64,000 bases of DNA, from the IMG/VR virus record IMGVR_UViG_3300000103_000003, positions 11,643 to 75,642 of that record; one strand, given 5' to 3'. This stretch comes from a virus. The notes below the pieces were generated by a model, which ran no database searches, was not told where the DNA came from, and saw only the letters and a list, made by a program, of their open reading frames with translations. Position 1 is the first letter of the stretch. Every line of letters starts with the position of its first letter. Both the position numbers and the translations under genes were made by a program. Shown one piece after another: positions 1-11,105 of this stretch.

Positions 1-3000
1 ATTAGAACCAGTCCAAATTCTATCTGCTGTAATATTAAAACCACCTATTAACCCCGAACTGGCTTCTATATAACCTCTAAAATAAGCATTTCCACCTGAA
101 CTAAGTCTAAAATTTGGAGCCTGAATAGAACCATTAGAATTAAGTGTAATACCAGCCGTAGTGAATGATAAACCATCAAGAGTAATAGTTTCTTGTGATT
201 GAATAGAATTTTCTTTAATATACCAATTACCTATTCTACCTGCTGATGCTGTAATAGTGCCACTTATATTGGCATTTCGAGCATACATATTACCATTTGG
301 TTCAACTCTAAAATTCACAGAATTAATATATCCTTGTCCAGAAGAATTAACTCCAATAGTCATTCCAGATGATAGAAAAGTATTTGTAATGCCAGTCCAA
401 CTACTTAATGTAGATAACTGATATTGTGAACCACTATTGCGAATATACCAACCACCTATTGTGCCGGATGTTGCTGTTACACTTCCAGTAAAAGTTCCAT
501 CACTCGCAGTCATTTTACCATCAGCTTCAACCTTAAAGTATCTTGCTCTTATAACTCCAGCATTGCCAATTATCATTGCATTGCTTGTTGTGAATCCATT
601 TGCAGTTGGTGGGAAACTCGTTCCTGTATAAATCGCATTATCAGTAATAGTCCAACCACCGATTGTTCCTTCTGAAGTAATCAGCTTTCCTTCATAAGAT
701 AAATTCCCAATAACATCCCATGATATTTTACCAGAAGCTAAAAAGCCACTTCCATCTGGGCGTAAAATCCATTTAGTTGTTGCACCTACTACACAAGACA
801 ATGTTCCTGAAATTTCTGCTCCAGTAGCATACATCTTGCCATCAGTATCAACACGGAAATAACGAGCGCGAATTGCTCCAGTTGATGAAATAGTCATTGC
901 TCCGGCAGCAGTAGTAAAAGCGTTATTAGGCTGTTTGGCTCCTGAATAAATTGAATTACCATCAATATTCCAGCCACCTATTTTACCACCAGTTGCGTTT
1001 AATGCAGAATTAATAGTTAGTGTGCCATCTGCAAGCCAACTGATATTACCTCCAGCAAGAGAGCCAGTACCATCGTTATTTAACGACCAACCTTGTCCGC
1101 TAATACTTCCGTTACTATTAAGAATAGTATTCCCACCTACTATTTGGTTGGCATTTATTGTCCAACCTCCTATTGTACCGGTCTTAAAATTAGCATTTAC
1201 TGCTGTTACCTGTTCTGCTGTTAAAGTACCTGTGTAAATACCATTTCCATCTATATATGTTAATCGCTTTCCTAATGCGGAATCACCTGTAAAAGTAATA
1301 GATGTGTCATCGAAAATTAAATTTCCAGCACTATCCCATTTTAGACCACCTCCACCGACAGCACCAGAACCATCAACATCAAGTCTCCAAAATTTACCAC
1401 GTAAACCTTGTGTTCCCATTGTGATGTCATCTACATCATCAGTAAAAGTTCCAATAGTGTTCTTCTTAGTGCCAAAATATATTGCATCACTATCAATATT
1501 CCAGCCTCCGATTGTACCGGAGCCAGCCTCTAAATGACCTTTGAAATATGCTGTACCATCAGCGTTTATTCTAAAATTACCATTGCGACCAATTATATTT
1601 CCTGAAGCATCAAACCTTAACAATGGGTTCTGGATAGTTCCACCAACACCACCGCGATTCATCCATGCTCCAAAATCGCTATCTTCTGTTAGCACTTCAT
1701 CAGTTGGTTGATATAAAGTTGCTTTTGTGCCTAACTCAACCTGTGGTGCGCTAAATAGAAAATTACCAGATGACTGCAAAACAATTCTGGGAATAGGCAT
1801 ATTATTGATAACTTCAGTAAATGAATACCGAACCCATTCTGTTGTTAATGTAACTGGTGCTTCCGTCGCTGGTTTGTTTCCTATACTTACATTTACAATT
1901 TCACCTCCGACTAAGCCTTTCATATATACAGAAAAAGTTATTTCTTTTCCCACATTATCACTTAGCCATGTTGAAGTGTTGAAATCATAATTTGCAGGAC
2001 TGGAGGTATTTTGCCAAACATCGCCGATTCCCACCGGGGATACATCCGCTGTTACAACAGCCGACGTTCCAAAATCATAACCCAAACTGTTTACCGCCTT
2101 GTTTTTGCTAATTCTACCAGCATAAAACGTTGATGCAAAACCATTTGCGTCTCCAGCAGTTAATGTTCCGGCTACATTAACATCCTTTGTAGCATATAAA
2201 CGCTGGAAGTAACCACCGTAATCCTTTAATGTTCCAAATACATCATCATGTATTCCAGTAAGTTTGCCGAAACGCGCCTTTGTTGCTTGGCTCCAATGAG
2301 ATAACGCTTTTACTGGAATAATTGAAAACTCCCCTATTTCTAATGAATGGTTTAATTCCAGACCAGATAAATCTATTTGAAAATAACTATCTGTATGAAT
2401 GTCTGAAACCCTAAATTTATGTAAAAAAGTTTTCCAATTTACACCTACATCAATAGTTTCATTAAACAAACTACGACTACCATCTTGATTTGCTACACTT
2501 ACTGTAAAAGAACCAGCTCTTGATGCTTGTGCCTGATAAACAATAAGAAATTCATCATCATCATAATTCTTGCCTCTTAATGTAGGTATTAATATTCTGG
2601 TATCTGAAGGAGATAAAGATATTCTACCTGCGCGAAATGTTCTTGTTACATCAGGGTCTTTGAATATGCCAGCTATTGTTGTAGTACTGGGATAAACTGA
2701 AAACAAATGTTTGCTTATTGCAGTCGGCTCTCCAATACGAGTTGGAAAATTCAGTGCTTGTTCTGAACCAATTTTGTCAATAACATCAATATATGGAGAT
2801 TCATCATCAACAGCAGTAATATATACTGCACCCATTCTATCGTCATCATTTAAACTGGTTATCCTTGCAAAATCAAGAACTTCTCCAGTACGTGGTTCAT
2901 CACCATCAATTAATGCTCCAATAAACCATTTCTGTGTTTTATTTTCGCCATCAATAATGACAGTGTCTTCTCCAGTCTCTAACACATACATCAAAGTATA

Positions 3001-3120
3001 AAACAAATTCGGAGCATCAAAATATTGACGTAATACTACATCACCGAATTTTAAACCCTGTGTTACTCTGGAATCAGCTGCCAGTTTGACCTTAAATTTT
3101 CTATAAGCTATATTTGCCAT
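1..3120 (-). CDS. Large tail fibre / host-specificity protein, 3'-truncated by the window edge (at least 1040 aa)
   Basis: Absent from the ORF track. My hand translation from ATG 3120 (MANIAYRKFKVKL...) stays open to position 1. Repeated G(T/K)IGGW(N/T/Y)I and IRARYF(R/K)V..DGKM motifs, Gly/Ser/Thr-rich, downstream of baseplate genes. Confidence 0.85.
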   Translation of the reverse strand, partial: MANIAYRKFKVKLAADSRVTQGLKFGDVVLRQYFDAPNLFYTLMYVLETGEDTVIIDGENKTQKWFIGALIDGDEPRTGEVLDFARITSLNDDDRMGAVYITAVDDESPYIDVIDKIGSEQALNFPTRIGEPTAISKHLFSVYPSTTTIAGIFKDPDVTRTFRAGRISLSPSDTRILIPTLRGKNYDDDEFLIVYQAQASRAGSFTVSVANQDGSRSLFNETIDVGVNWKTFLHKFRVSDIHTDSYFQIDLSGLELNHSLEIGEFSIIPVKALSHWSQATKARFGKLTGIHDDVFGTLKDYGGYFQRLYATKDVNVAGTLTAGDANGFASTFYAGRISKNKAVNSLGYDFGTSAVVTADVSPVGIGDVWQNTSSPANYDFNTSTWLSDNVGKEITFSVYMKGLVGGEIVNVSIGNKPATEAPVTLTTEWVRYSFTEVINNMPIPRIVLQSSGNFLFSAPQVELGTKATLYQPTDEVLTEDSDFGAWMNRGGVGGTIQNPLLRFDASGNIIGRNGNFRINADGTAYFKGHLEAGSGTIGGWNIDSDAIYFGTKKNTIGTFTDDVDDITMGTQGLRGKFWRLDVDGSGAVGGGGLKWDSAGNLIFDDTSITFTGDSALGKRLTYIDGNGIYTGTLTAEQVTAVNANFKTGTIGGWTINANQIVGGNTILNSNGSISGQGWSLNNDGTGSLAGGNISWLADGTLTINSALNATGGKIGGWNIDGNSIYSGAKQPNNAFTTAAGAMTISSTGAIRARYFRVDTDGKMYATGAEISGTLSCVVGATTKWILRPDGSGFLASGKISWDVIGNLSYEGKLITSEGTIGGWTITDNAIYTGTSFPPTANGFTTSNAMIIGNAGVIRARYFKVEADGKMTASDGTFTGSVTATSGTIGGWYIRNSGSQYQLSTLSSWTGITNTFLSSGMTIGVNSSGQGYINSVNFRVEPNGNMYARNANISGTITASAGRIGNWYIKENSIQSQETITLDGLSFTTAGITLNSNGSIQAPNFRLSSGGNAYFRGYIEASSGLIGGFNITADRIWTGSN

Positions 3121-3124
3121 GTTG

Positions 3125-4798
3125 TTAAAATATTTCTTCTACTTCGTCGGCTGATGTTCCTGAAGAAACCCAAAGCGCACCATTTGTTGCCGATATTTTT
3201 TGTACCTCTAATTCATATACTCGCATCTTCCGACGTACTATCAATTCATCAAGTGTTAATTTAGCTTCGTCTTTATCTAATCTCCAGCCTTCACCAGAGA
3301 AACCAGACGAAAATACTTCAGAACCTAAATTACCATCGAAATAAGCATTACCAAAATGTTTGATTCCATCTTCAATATTCCTAAAGTAATGTGGAACACC
3401 CAAAGAACTAACGCCTACATGCACCTGACCGTCTTCCATTTTTGTCTGTACGGTTCCATCTGACCTCAATACACCAACCATTGGTACGCCCAATAATGGT
3501 TTCTTAAAAAGAAATTGGGTATCATCAGTGTCAAATTCCATTCCATCATCGCCATGCCCTATGGAAATATTCTTACCATTTATAAGAGCCTCCAAATGAG
3601 AACTGGGGTTTGTAAATAATTTGACTATTTTGTTCGGCTCTGTATCATTTGCCAGTTCTACAAAATTATAGAACCTTGTTCCTTTATTTGCAGAAGCAGC
3701 ACCGCGACTTATAGTTTCAAATGTTGTAACTTCATCAATACCTCCAGTAAAACCCCATTTAAACCATGCCTCTCCCAGATGATTGATTAACTTATTCCCA
3801 TTAGAACTTAATAATTCTGAATGAAGTTCAATATGTTTTGTATTTTCAAATCCCAGAACTAAAATATTACCAGAAGCATCCAAAAAAGTGTTTCCAGCAG
3901 CATTAGCCCGAAGAATATAATTTGTTTTTATTGAAGAAGGGTCGCTGTAATCAATTCCTACGGCTTTTATGCCACAATTAACTTCAAGTGAAGCATTACC
4001 ATTAATGTACACACCATCGTCGGTTGTAGCGAATCTCTGTACGCCCTGTGTACCTGCTTCAAATCCATATAGAAAACTTGCAGTTCCACCAGCTGTTACA
4101 TCACCTCCAATATGTAAGTCTTCATCAACATACCCATTCTTCATAGACCAATCAACAGTAAATAAATTACTGTTCCCGGCATGATATATGTTAAAATCCT
4201 TATAGGTAAATATATCATCAGCTGAATCAAGAGGGTCATTATAAACAAGTAACCCATCAGCTGAAGTTAATCCAATCTGAATTGCTCTGGTGGTTTGTAA
4301 AAATGATTCGTGAAAATCAACACCACCAGAAAAATCATTGTTTCCATTTATTGTAATTTTGCCACCAGAAAAATCAGCAAATAAATTATCCATACCATAA
4401 ATGGTAGAATCAAAATGTGCTGGTCGAACAAATCTGGTTTTTAAATCATCACCAGCAACTGTGCCTTCTGTCCAAAATGTAGGCTGATTGTCAGAACCTG
4501 CCCTTATTCCATGTAGTGCTGTAAAACTTCCCTGCATGACGGCATAAGCACCGCCACTCTTCTTTACATAATCACTTAAAACCCCACCAGAACTACCACC
4601 AGAGCCGTCTCCCAAAGCAGCCATAATAGCAGCAGCAAAATTCTCGAAGTAATCCTTAAATTTTGTAGCTACATCATGTTGAAGCACAGCATTAGCATCA
4701 GTAGGGTCAGCTGGTGGGTCTAAATTACTTAAACCCAAACCATTTACAGACAATGTAAAATTTAACAGGGTCTGAAATAATGTTTCTTCTGGTGTCAT
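3125..4798 (-). CDS. Tail fibre-like / baseplate-associated structural protein
   Basis: 557 aa; IYHAGNSN fibre-type motif; C-terminal GWRL...LIVRRKMRVYELEVQKISATNGALWVS segment typical of Bacteroidota phage tail proteins; synteny. Confidence 0.7.
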   Translation of the reverse strand: MTPEETLFQTLLNFTLSVNGLGLSNLDPPADPTDANAVLQHDVATKFKDYFENFAAAIMAALGDGSGGSSGGVLSDYVKKSGGAYAVMQGSFTALHGIRAGSDNQPTFWTEGTVAGDDLKTRFVRPAHFDSTIYGMDNLFADFSGGKITINGNNDFSGGVDFHESFLQTTRAIQIGLTSADGLLVYNDPLDSADDIFTYKDFNIYHAGNSNLFTVDWSMKNGYVDEDLHIGGDVTAGGTASFLYGFEAGTQGVQRFATTDDGVYINGNASLEVNCGIKAVGIDYSDPSSIKTNYILRANAAGNTFLDASGNILVLGFENTKHIELHSELLSSNGNKLINHLGEAWFKWGFTGGIDEVTTFETISRGAASANKGTRFYNFVELANDTEPNKIVKLFTNPSSHLEALINGKNISIGHGDDGMEFDTDDTQFLFKKPLLGVPMVGVLRSDGTVQTKMEDGQVHVGVSSLGVPHYFRNIEDGIKHFGNAYFDGNLGSEVFSSGFSGEGWRLDKDEAKLTLDELIVRRKMRVYELEVQKISATNGALWVSSGTSADEVEEIF

Positions 4799-5628
4799 TA
4801 TTCTATTTTTGTTTTAGTTGATAACAATGGCGATACAACTGGCAACAATTTTGCTGGTATCATCGCTATAAAGTTTGGAAGGTTTACAAACGGCATCGCT
4901 CCGGCAGGAGTAGGAGTTGTTACCATTGTCAGTTCTTTAACAAGGTCATTCAAGAATTTTATTAAGTCCTCTCCCTTTACTGTCCATTGAGCATTGCTGC
5001 CACCTAATACTATTTGTGTAGCGTCTAAATTCGCTTTGTTTTCCGTTAAATCAAGAAAAGTGTTATTACCTACCTCGGTCTTTACACTATTCTCTGTTTG
5101 TTCTACTTTAGTCTTATCGACTTCTGCAACAATTTTATCGCAGGTCTGAACGATTGATGATTCCTTATCCTTAGAAGCAGCAATCATTCGTATTTCTTCT
5201 GGTGTGAAATTTATAAAAGTTTTGTAGTCCGTAACTTCTGTTTCGTCATAGTCAGTATCGTCGTCTTGGTCTTTCACACCAGTCGCACCAATATACACCC
5301 TATCATTAACTTCTATTACTTTATCCGTTAAATGTGTGTAAGATACCACAAAAGACTGTGCCGTATTTAATATCAATACAGCCACTTCCGAACTCATTAC
5401 TGGATAACTCATGTCACCCTTTTTGTTGCCTAAAATCGCCCCCAATGTCGCCCCTAATATAATCCTTTCTCCAGTTGAACTAACCACATCAACCGTTCCA
5501 GCTTCTTTGTCGATTTTTTGAACAAACCCATTAACGACAGAGGCTCCCCCCATAGCTTCTAAGCCATAGAGGGAGACTATCTTAATTATTGAATCTCTAA
5601 TAGATTGATGTGTACTTTGCCCTGACAT
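4798..5628 (-). CDS. Baseplate spike (gpV/gp45-like)
   Basis: N-terminal OB-fold-like GTVDV...YPVMSSEVAV, beta-helix-like middle, C-terminal VTTPTPAG; follows the hub gene. Confidence 0.7.
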   Translation of the reverse strand: MSGQSTHQSIRDSIIKIVSLYGLEAMGGASVVNGFVQKIDKEAGTVDVVSSTGERIILGATLGAILGNKKGDMSYPVMSSEVAVLILNTAQSFVVSYTHLTDKVIEVNDRVYIGATGVKDQDDDTDYDETEVTDYKTFINFTPEEIRMIAASKDKESSIVQTCDKIVAEVDKTKVEQTENSVKTEVGNNTFLDLTENKANLDATQIVLGGSNAQWTVKGEDLIKFLNDLVKELTMVTTPTPAGAMPFVNLPNFIAMIPAKLLPVVSPLLSTKTKIE

Positions 5629-6902
5629 TAATTGCTTCTTTTAAAAGGTACTTTAATTGTTTGGCGATAACCATTAACGCCAAAATCAGTATCAACTTCA
5701 GATACCACAAAAACCCCATTTTTATCTGGGTTTCTTTCATCATAAAACCTAACTAATGTTGCTGGTTGAAGACCAAAATCTCCAAACACCGTAACAGTTC
5801 CTTCAATACCAGTCTGTGAAATAGTTGTAAATGCTGCTTTAGCGTTCTTTAATAATTCTTCTCGTGTAACATTATATTGATTAAAAGTCCTCACATTATA
5901 ACTACTTAAATCAAATTTACCCTCTTTATTGTTCTGGGTGTTTTTGTAATTTTCTTGTGCGTCTTTATATGTGTTTGCGGCATTATTTTTAACAGCCTTT
6001 TTGGACATCTTTGTCTCATTTATTACCTGAAATTCATCCGGGTTCTCTTTGCTTCTAATTATAGTAAATTGAACTTTGGTTTTATCAGGTCTAAGCGATA
6101 TGGCAGTTAGTGCTAATTCATTTGCTCCAAATTCTATAAATTTTAAATTATCATTTGCCACATTTTCTTGAAAATTAATTATTGGCATTGAATCTGAATC
6201 TCCAGCTAATAATGTTTCGCCATCCTGTGCATTAAACATATTTCTGGTAATTGCCAAATAAGGTTTGCCTTGATAATATTTAATAAAAGAAACTAAACCC
6301 GATGGTTTTAGCATCTCCAATATTTCAGCGGCACTAAGATTTTTATCTATTGTCATCGGATTAGCATGTATATCCATTCGCCTTGATAATGGATGCAACT
6401 CCAAATCAGTTCCCTTCAATATATCGTCAGCTAAAGCATTTATAGGAGTAGCCTTATTTCCTGTTGAAAAGGGAAGAACCGAATTATGACGCAATAAATA
6501 ACCCATGTCTTCGCAATAAATTGTGTATGGATTATTTGCGTCAATAGAAACAATAAAGCCCTCAAAAAGACGCTTGTTATTTCTATTATTGCCATTATCA
6601 TCATATCCCAATGAAATCATTACACGTTGCCCCTTAACAAACATTGAAGTCTGTCCATTACCCATTAAGTCCTTAGTTTTTACGCCCGGTCTTTTACTGG
6701 TGGCTGCCTCTATTAAAGTTGCTCGTGGCAATGTTATTTCAGCTGTTGATACTAAATTACTATATGAAGCATTAATTTTAACCTGATGAACTTCATTTAA
6801 AATATATTGAACATCCTTTAGCTCACCGCCCAATAATGGAGAATCATTACTAATAATAATCTGGCAAGTAAGCACATTAAAACCAAATAATCTTTGTGTC
6901 AT
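5628..6902 (-). CDS. Baseplate hub / late control D-like protein
   Basis: SLGYD...LFEGFI, CEDMGYLL and C-terminal GVFVVSEVDTDFGVNGYRQTI motifs; position after the tape measure module. Confidence 0.75.
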   Translation of the reverse strand: MTQRLFGFNVLTCQIIISNDSPLLGGELKDVQYILNEVHQVKINASYSNLVSTAEITLPRATLIEAATSKRPGVKTKDLMGNGQTSMFVKGQRVMISLGYDDNGNNRNNKRLFEGFIVSIDANNPYTIYCEDMGYLLRHNSVLPFSTGNKATPINALADDILKGTDLELHPLSRRMDIHANPMTIDKNLSAAEILEMLKPSGLVSFIKYYQGKPYLAITRNMFNAQDGETLLAGDSDSMPIINFQENVANDNLKFIEFGANELALTAISLRPDKTKVQFTIIRSKENPDEFQVINETKMSKKAVKNNAANTYKDAQENYKNTQNNKEGKFDLSSYNVRTFNQYNVTREELLKNAKAAFTTISQTGIEGTVTVFGDFGLQPATLVRFYDERNPDKNGVFVVSEVDTDFGVNGYRQTIKVPFKRSN

Positions 6903-7942
6903 TGTCCTATACCCATTAATACTTTGTCCACCTGTAATTTTTCAAGTACAGCATCCAAAGCAATCCACTTATTGGCTTTTGCTATTGTAGCTTCCATTAC
7001 TTCGCCATAACGAACCACTTCTTCCAAAGCCGCCGCTGTACTTTGTTCAAATACAGCACTAAAGCTATAATTCTGAACATTATGAAATCCTTCCTGTTGT
7101 GGAAGAGAATAATCCAGAACTATTAATCCATTAATGCCAAATATATTCAAGAAAGGACTTTGTACTGGGATAACGTCTTTAGTTTGCATTATCCTAACAA
7201 AATTACGAACATCTTGATATGGGTATAATTTAGGTATTCGACTAACAATTTTACCAGAAACATTAATTTTTAAATCTCCTCCAGAAATAAGTTCTTTGCG
7301 TGTCTTGTCACGACCCTGAACAACAGTAAGTAAAATATTTTTAGCTTCACTAACAGTGATAATAGCATGAGCATCAAAAAATTCGAGTTTTTGTTTTTTC
7401 TCGGTTTCTGATGTTTCTACTGTTGCTGATACCTCTGTATCAGTTTCTGGAAGGATTAATTTAATATAATCAGTCTGTGGTTGACCTAACCAGTCTGTAT
7501 ATGGAGACGCATCAGTTGTGCCAATCTCTCCATTACTAATCAACTGCCTTCTTGGTCTACCCTTAATGGTATAATTAATAAAATTCCCCACACCACCCTG
7601 AATTGTTTGAATAGCGGCGTTTTTAGCTCTACCAGCTAATGATAATGCCGCCATCTTAGCTTGTTTCTTAATCTGTGGAGCAATAGGGCGCGTCGGATTA
7701 ATTGACGGCAAATATCCAAAAATATTGGATGCTCCTTTAATTAATGTCATATTATTGAAACGCACACCAGTTTGAGGCTCCATTAACGAAAACTTCTTTG
7801 TGTTATAAGTTGTCGTTCTGGCTCCATTTTCTTCCGTTTGGAATTTAGTATCCAATCTGGAAGGCACAACTGGTGGGTGTAATACTGTCAGGGATGGCAC
7901 TTTTGTTGGCAATCCCTGACTATTTAATGTTTGTCCTGACAT
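6899..7942 (-). CDS. Tail/baseplate initiator-like protein (DUF6046-like)
   Basis: C-terminal KNILLTVVQGRDKTRKELISGGDLKINVSG...FLNIFGINGLIV; lies between tape measure and hub. Confidence 0.55.
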   Translation of the reverse strand: MSGQTLNSQGLPTKVPSLTVLHPPVVPSRLDTKFQTEENGARTTTYNTKKFSLMEPQTGVRFNNMTLIKGASNIFGYLPSINPTRPIAPQIKKQAKMAALSLAGRAKNAAIQTIQGGVGNFINYTIKGRPRRQLISNGEIGTTDASPYTDWLGQPQTDYIKLILPETDTEVSATVETSETEKKQKLEFFDAHAIITVSEAKNILLTVVQGRDKTRKELISGGDLKINVSGKIVSRIPKLYPYQDVRNFVRIMQTKDVIPVQSPFLNIFGINGLIVLDYSLPQQEGFHNVQNYSFSAVFEQSTAAALEEVVRYGEVMEATIAKANKWIALDAVLEKLQVDKVLMGIGQ

Positions 7943-7952
7943 AATTTAATTT

Positions 7953-10900
7953 TTAATGTTGTCCACTTCCGGCACTATAAGCATTAACTGTTCTTGATAA
8001 TACACCTTCAATCAACCCATCTGGGTCTTGTGCATTTGGCACAACAAGTTCTTGAATATTAAAAGTAGTATTATTACCAGTTTTAGTGCCTTGATAGTCA
8101 TTTGCTCCCAAATTTCTTAATCCACTAAAACCACCAACTGGATAAGATGTTGATGGTGATGATTGCTTATTCATTCTTGCATAATTTGCTTCATGGTGTT
8201 GTTTAAACATAGCGTCTCCAATAGCAGGGTCAAAATCTTCATCGTTCCCATGATTGCGCTTGTACTCTTCTCTCCACTTAGTTAAAGCATCTTTTGTAAT
8301 CGCCATCTTTGTGTACCAAGCATCAGTAAACTGGATGTTGTCTTGAAGTTTTAAAGCCCCAACATCTGCCCCACTTGCTGTTAAAAGTCTACTGGTTACA
8401 TCAGCATGAATACCGGCAGCAGTTAAGTTAGTCGCTGCACCTCGCACAATGGAATTATCTTGTTCACCATCACCTATTCTACTATAAGTGTTTGCACCTT
8501 TATAGTCAAACACTTTCTTTCCATTTTTTCCAAAAACATTAAAGAAAGCAGCCGCATTTTCTTGTGTTGGGTTATGTTCAAAATTATATAGGCTTTCCAT
8601 TATTTGTACTTGTTCCAACACTTTATCCGCTGCTGTTTGTAAAGCGTGTTTGCCTTCAGCTGGATTGGTAGTTTTACCCGGTGTACCAACAATAGTCATA
8701 AGTGGAGCAGCAGCAGCAGCAGCAGACAACTGACTATGTCTTTTATTTGCTTTATCCATTACCTGCCTTATCTTAAAAGTATCTGTACCAGCACTTTGAA
8801 TTTCTTTTTGCCATTCAGATATTTCGTCAGTTACACCAGCTATACCAGCTTGCTCCATTTGAGCATACATCAAATGATTATATAAGCCCTTGTTTTCACG
8901 ACTGGCATACATATTCTTTTCCATCCAAGCCCCAATGCCTAAATTTCGACCAGTTTGAGCTTCAATTTCTTCTTCTTTATTTTTCCACCACCCCACAAAC
9001 GCCTCTTGAATAGGATGTTGAACTTTATTTATTAAGAATCCCCCCAACCCCCAAGAATCTCTGCCTTGTGGAGATAACTCAACAGATTTTTTCGCTTCAT
9101 CAGAAGCCAACAACTGTTTCATTGCATCCATTTTGCTCAAAGCCTCTCCAAGAGCAGAAGAAGCGTTTTTTGCTTTTGCTCCCACATCATCTATAAAAGT
9201 CCAACCAACAGCATCATGGTTTGTCATCTCTTCATACCATTCTCGTGCTGCTTTTTGACTTGTGTAAATTTCAATTCCAACTAAAGCAACTGCTGTTGCT
9301 AAAGCAGCCCATCCTATCATTGCTGGTGAGGAAAACATACCACTCATAGCACCCGAAGCACCAGCCGCTGCTCCTCCCATTGGAATTAAAGCCGATGTTA
9401 CACCAGCTATCGCTGAAGCTATTCCACCAATTACAGCAGAAACACCTTTATAAACAATAGCTCCTCCAAGAAGCCATTTGAGCCAATCCCAATTACTATG
9501 AACAAGTTTTACAATAGTTGCAATACCTTCAACAAACCCCATTAAAGTTTGATAAATGTCGTCCATAAACTTAGCTGCATCTGGAGTGTTTAACCAATCC
9601 AGAAAAGTGTTTAATAAATTTTTTACACGACCTTCAATTTTATCAAAAGAATCCTGTGCTGTATCCTGAATTTTAGAAATTATTTTTTCCCATATACCGG
9701 GAAGCGTTTTCATTTTTTCCAGAGCTAAAAATTCAGCACCACCACCAAAATTTCTGGTGAAGTCTGCCAACTCTCTGACCTGTTCCAAATTATTAATAAG
9801 CATAGCAGCAGGAGTACCAGCAATTTTATCAAAAATTTGATAAAGTTCGGTAATTGTACCACCCTTATTTCTTATATCTTCCAATATATCAACAAAAGAC
9901 TTTAATTTTTGCTGCCCGTCTTCAAAATAAGTAACTTCAACGCCTAATTCCTTCAATGCTTTTGCGCTTCTTGCTGTTGGTTTTGCCAAACGCATCATAG
10001 CAGCACGTAATCCAGTACCAGCCAATGTGCCTTTAATACCAGCATTAGCTAACACCCCTAACATAGCTGACGATTCAGCAAAATCTTGACCTGCCAACTT
10101 CAAAGCACCACCAGCCATTTTGTAGGCTTCTGCCATTTCTGGTATCGTTGTATTAGAACTCATAGCAACACCAGCCAGTATATCACTAACTGCTTCAATA
10201 CTATCTGGAGAAATTTTCCAAGCTGCCATAATATTTGTAGCTAAATCAGCAATTTGTTCTAACGGAACATCACTAATAGCTGCTAAACTGGTGATTGGAC
10301 GCATTGATTTATCAATAGCTTCCAAATCTTGACCTGCCATAGCCAAATATTTCATGGCTCCAGCAATTTCTACATTTCTATATTTTGTATCAAGACCAAT
10401 TTGACGCATCCTTTTAGATACATTATCAAATCTATCTCCAAATGTTTCCGCTTCTTTATCGGTAGAACGTAGAATATTTCTAACATTTGTCATTTCTGCT
10501 TCAAAAATTGCAGAATTTTTAATTAATCCAATAGTTCCAGCAGTAACCATTGCTGTAATACCCATCGCTGCCATAGGAACACCAATACCAGCAAACAAAC
10601 CATTAGGCGCAACTCTTTTTCTGAAACCAGAAACTCCAGAATAACGTCCACCACGTCCACCACCGGGCATAGCACCACCACGTCCACGTCCAATTACTGG
10701 AGGAACTGCACCACCAGCTGCTCCAGCCATTTGTGCCTGAAGTGCAGCTATTTTAGCAGAGAGACGAGTGATTTTAGCTTCTGCTGCTTTAGTGTCAATA
10801 TTAATTCTACCTTGCCCTATTCCTTTTAATGCAGCATTTCTGGATAACTGCTTATTTAAACGTGACATAGCAGCAGTTAAATTATTAATATGTGCTATGG

Positions 10901-11000
10901 TTTTAGGCATTGATTGAGCAGCAGCCGTGCTTATTAGGCGCAGTTGATTTGCAGCAACTGTACCATTAACAAGAATATCAAATTTTACGCCATAATTCAT
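7953..11000 (-). CDS. Tail tape measure protein (TP901-like core)
   Basis: 1015 aa, Ala/Gly-rich helical; EIAGAMKYLAMAG and LANAGIKGTLAGTGLRAAM core; follows the chaperone. Confidence 0.95.
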   Translation of the reverse strand: MNYGVKFDILVNGTVAANQLRLISTAAAQSMPKTIAHINNLTAAMSRLNKQLSRNAALKGIGQGRINIDTKAAEAKITRLSAKIAALQAQMAGAAGGAVPPVIGRGRGGAMPGGGRGGRYSGVSGFRKRVAPNGLFAGIGVPMAAMGITAMVTAGTIGLIKNSAIFEAEMTNVRNILRSTDKEAETFGDRFDNVSKRMRQIGLDTKYRNVEIAGAMKYLAMAGQDLEAIDKSMRPITSLAAISDVPLEQIADLATNIMAAWKISPDSIEAVSDILAGVAMSSNTTIPEMAEAYKMAGGALKLAGQDFAESSAMLGVLANAGIKGTLAGTGLRAAMMRLAKPTARSAKALKELGVEVTYFEDGQQKLKSFVDILEDIRNKGGTITELYQIFDKIAGTPAAMLINNLEQVRELADFTRNFGGGAEFLALEKMKTLPGIWEKIISKIQDTAQDSFDKIEGRVKNLLNTFLDWLNTPDAAKFMDDIYQTLMGFVEGIATIVKLVHSNWDWLKWLLGGAIVYKGVSAVIGGIASAIAGVTSALIPMGGAAAGASGAMSGMFSSPAMIGWAALATAVALVGIEIYTSQKAAREWYEEMTNHDAVGWTFIDDVGAKAKNASSALGEALSKMDAMKQLLASDEAKKSVELSPQGRDSWGLGGFLINKVQHPIQEAFVGWWKNKEEEIEAQTGRNLGIGAWMEKNMYASRENKGLYNHLMYAQMEQAGIAGVTDEISEWQKEIQSAGTDTFKIRQVMDKANKRHSQLSAAAAAAPLMTIVGTPGKTTNPAEGKHALQTAADKVLEQVQIMESLYNFEHNPTQENAAAFFNVFGKNGKKVFDYKGANTYSRIGDGEQDNSIVRGAATNLTAAGIHADVTSRLLTASGADVGALKLQDNIQFTDAWYTKMAITKDALTKWREEYKRNHGNDEDFDPAIGDAMFKQHHEANYARMNKQSSPSTSYPVGGFSGLRNLGANDYQGTKTGNNTTFNIQELVVPNAQDPDGLIEGVLSRTVNAYSAGSGQH

Positions 11001-11023
11001 TGAAAAATACTATTAGTGTTCTT

Positions 11024-11057
11024 TTAAGAATAGTTATTTTTGAGCCTATACGGTTAT
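11024..11057 (-). promoter_or_regulatory. Putative phage late promoter for the tape measure operon
   Basis: TAACCGT-N16-CTATTCTTAA, about 24 nt upstream of the ATG and just downstream of a terminator; upstream box only partly matches. Confidence 0.65.
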
Positions 11058-11058
11058 T

Positions 11059-11105
11059 AAAAAGCCCCATATCAAACTTTATGTCCAATATGGGGCTTTT
11101 ATTTT
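11059..11105. terminator. Intrinsic terminator
   Basis: AAAAGCCCCATAT...ATATGGGGCTTTT stem with A/T tails. Confidence 0.85.

Noticed and set aside
437-3001. Plus-strand ORFs at 437, 1022, 1304, 1727 and 2711
   Set aside because: Antisense shadows of the long minus-strand tail fibre frame.
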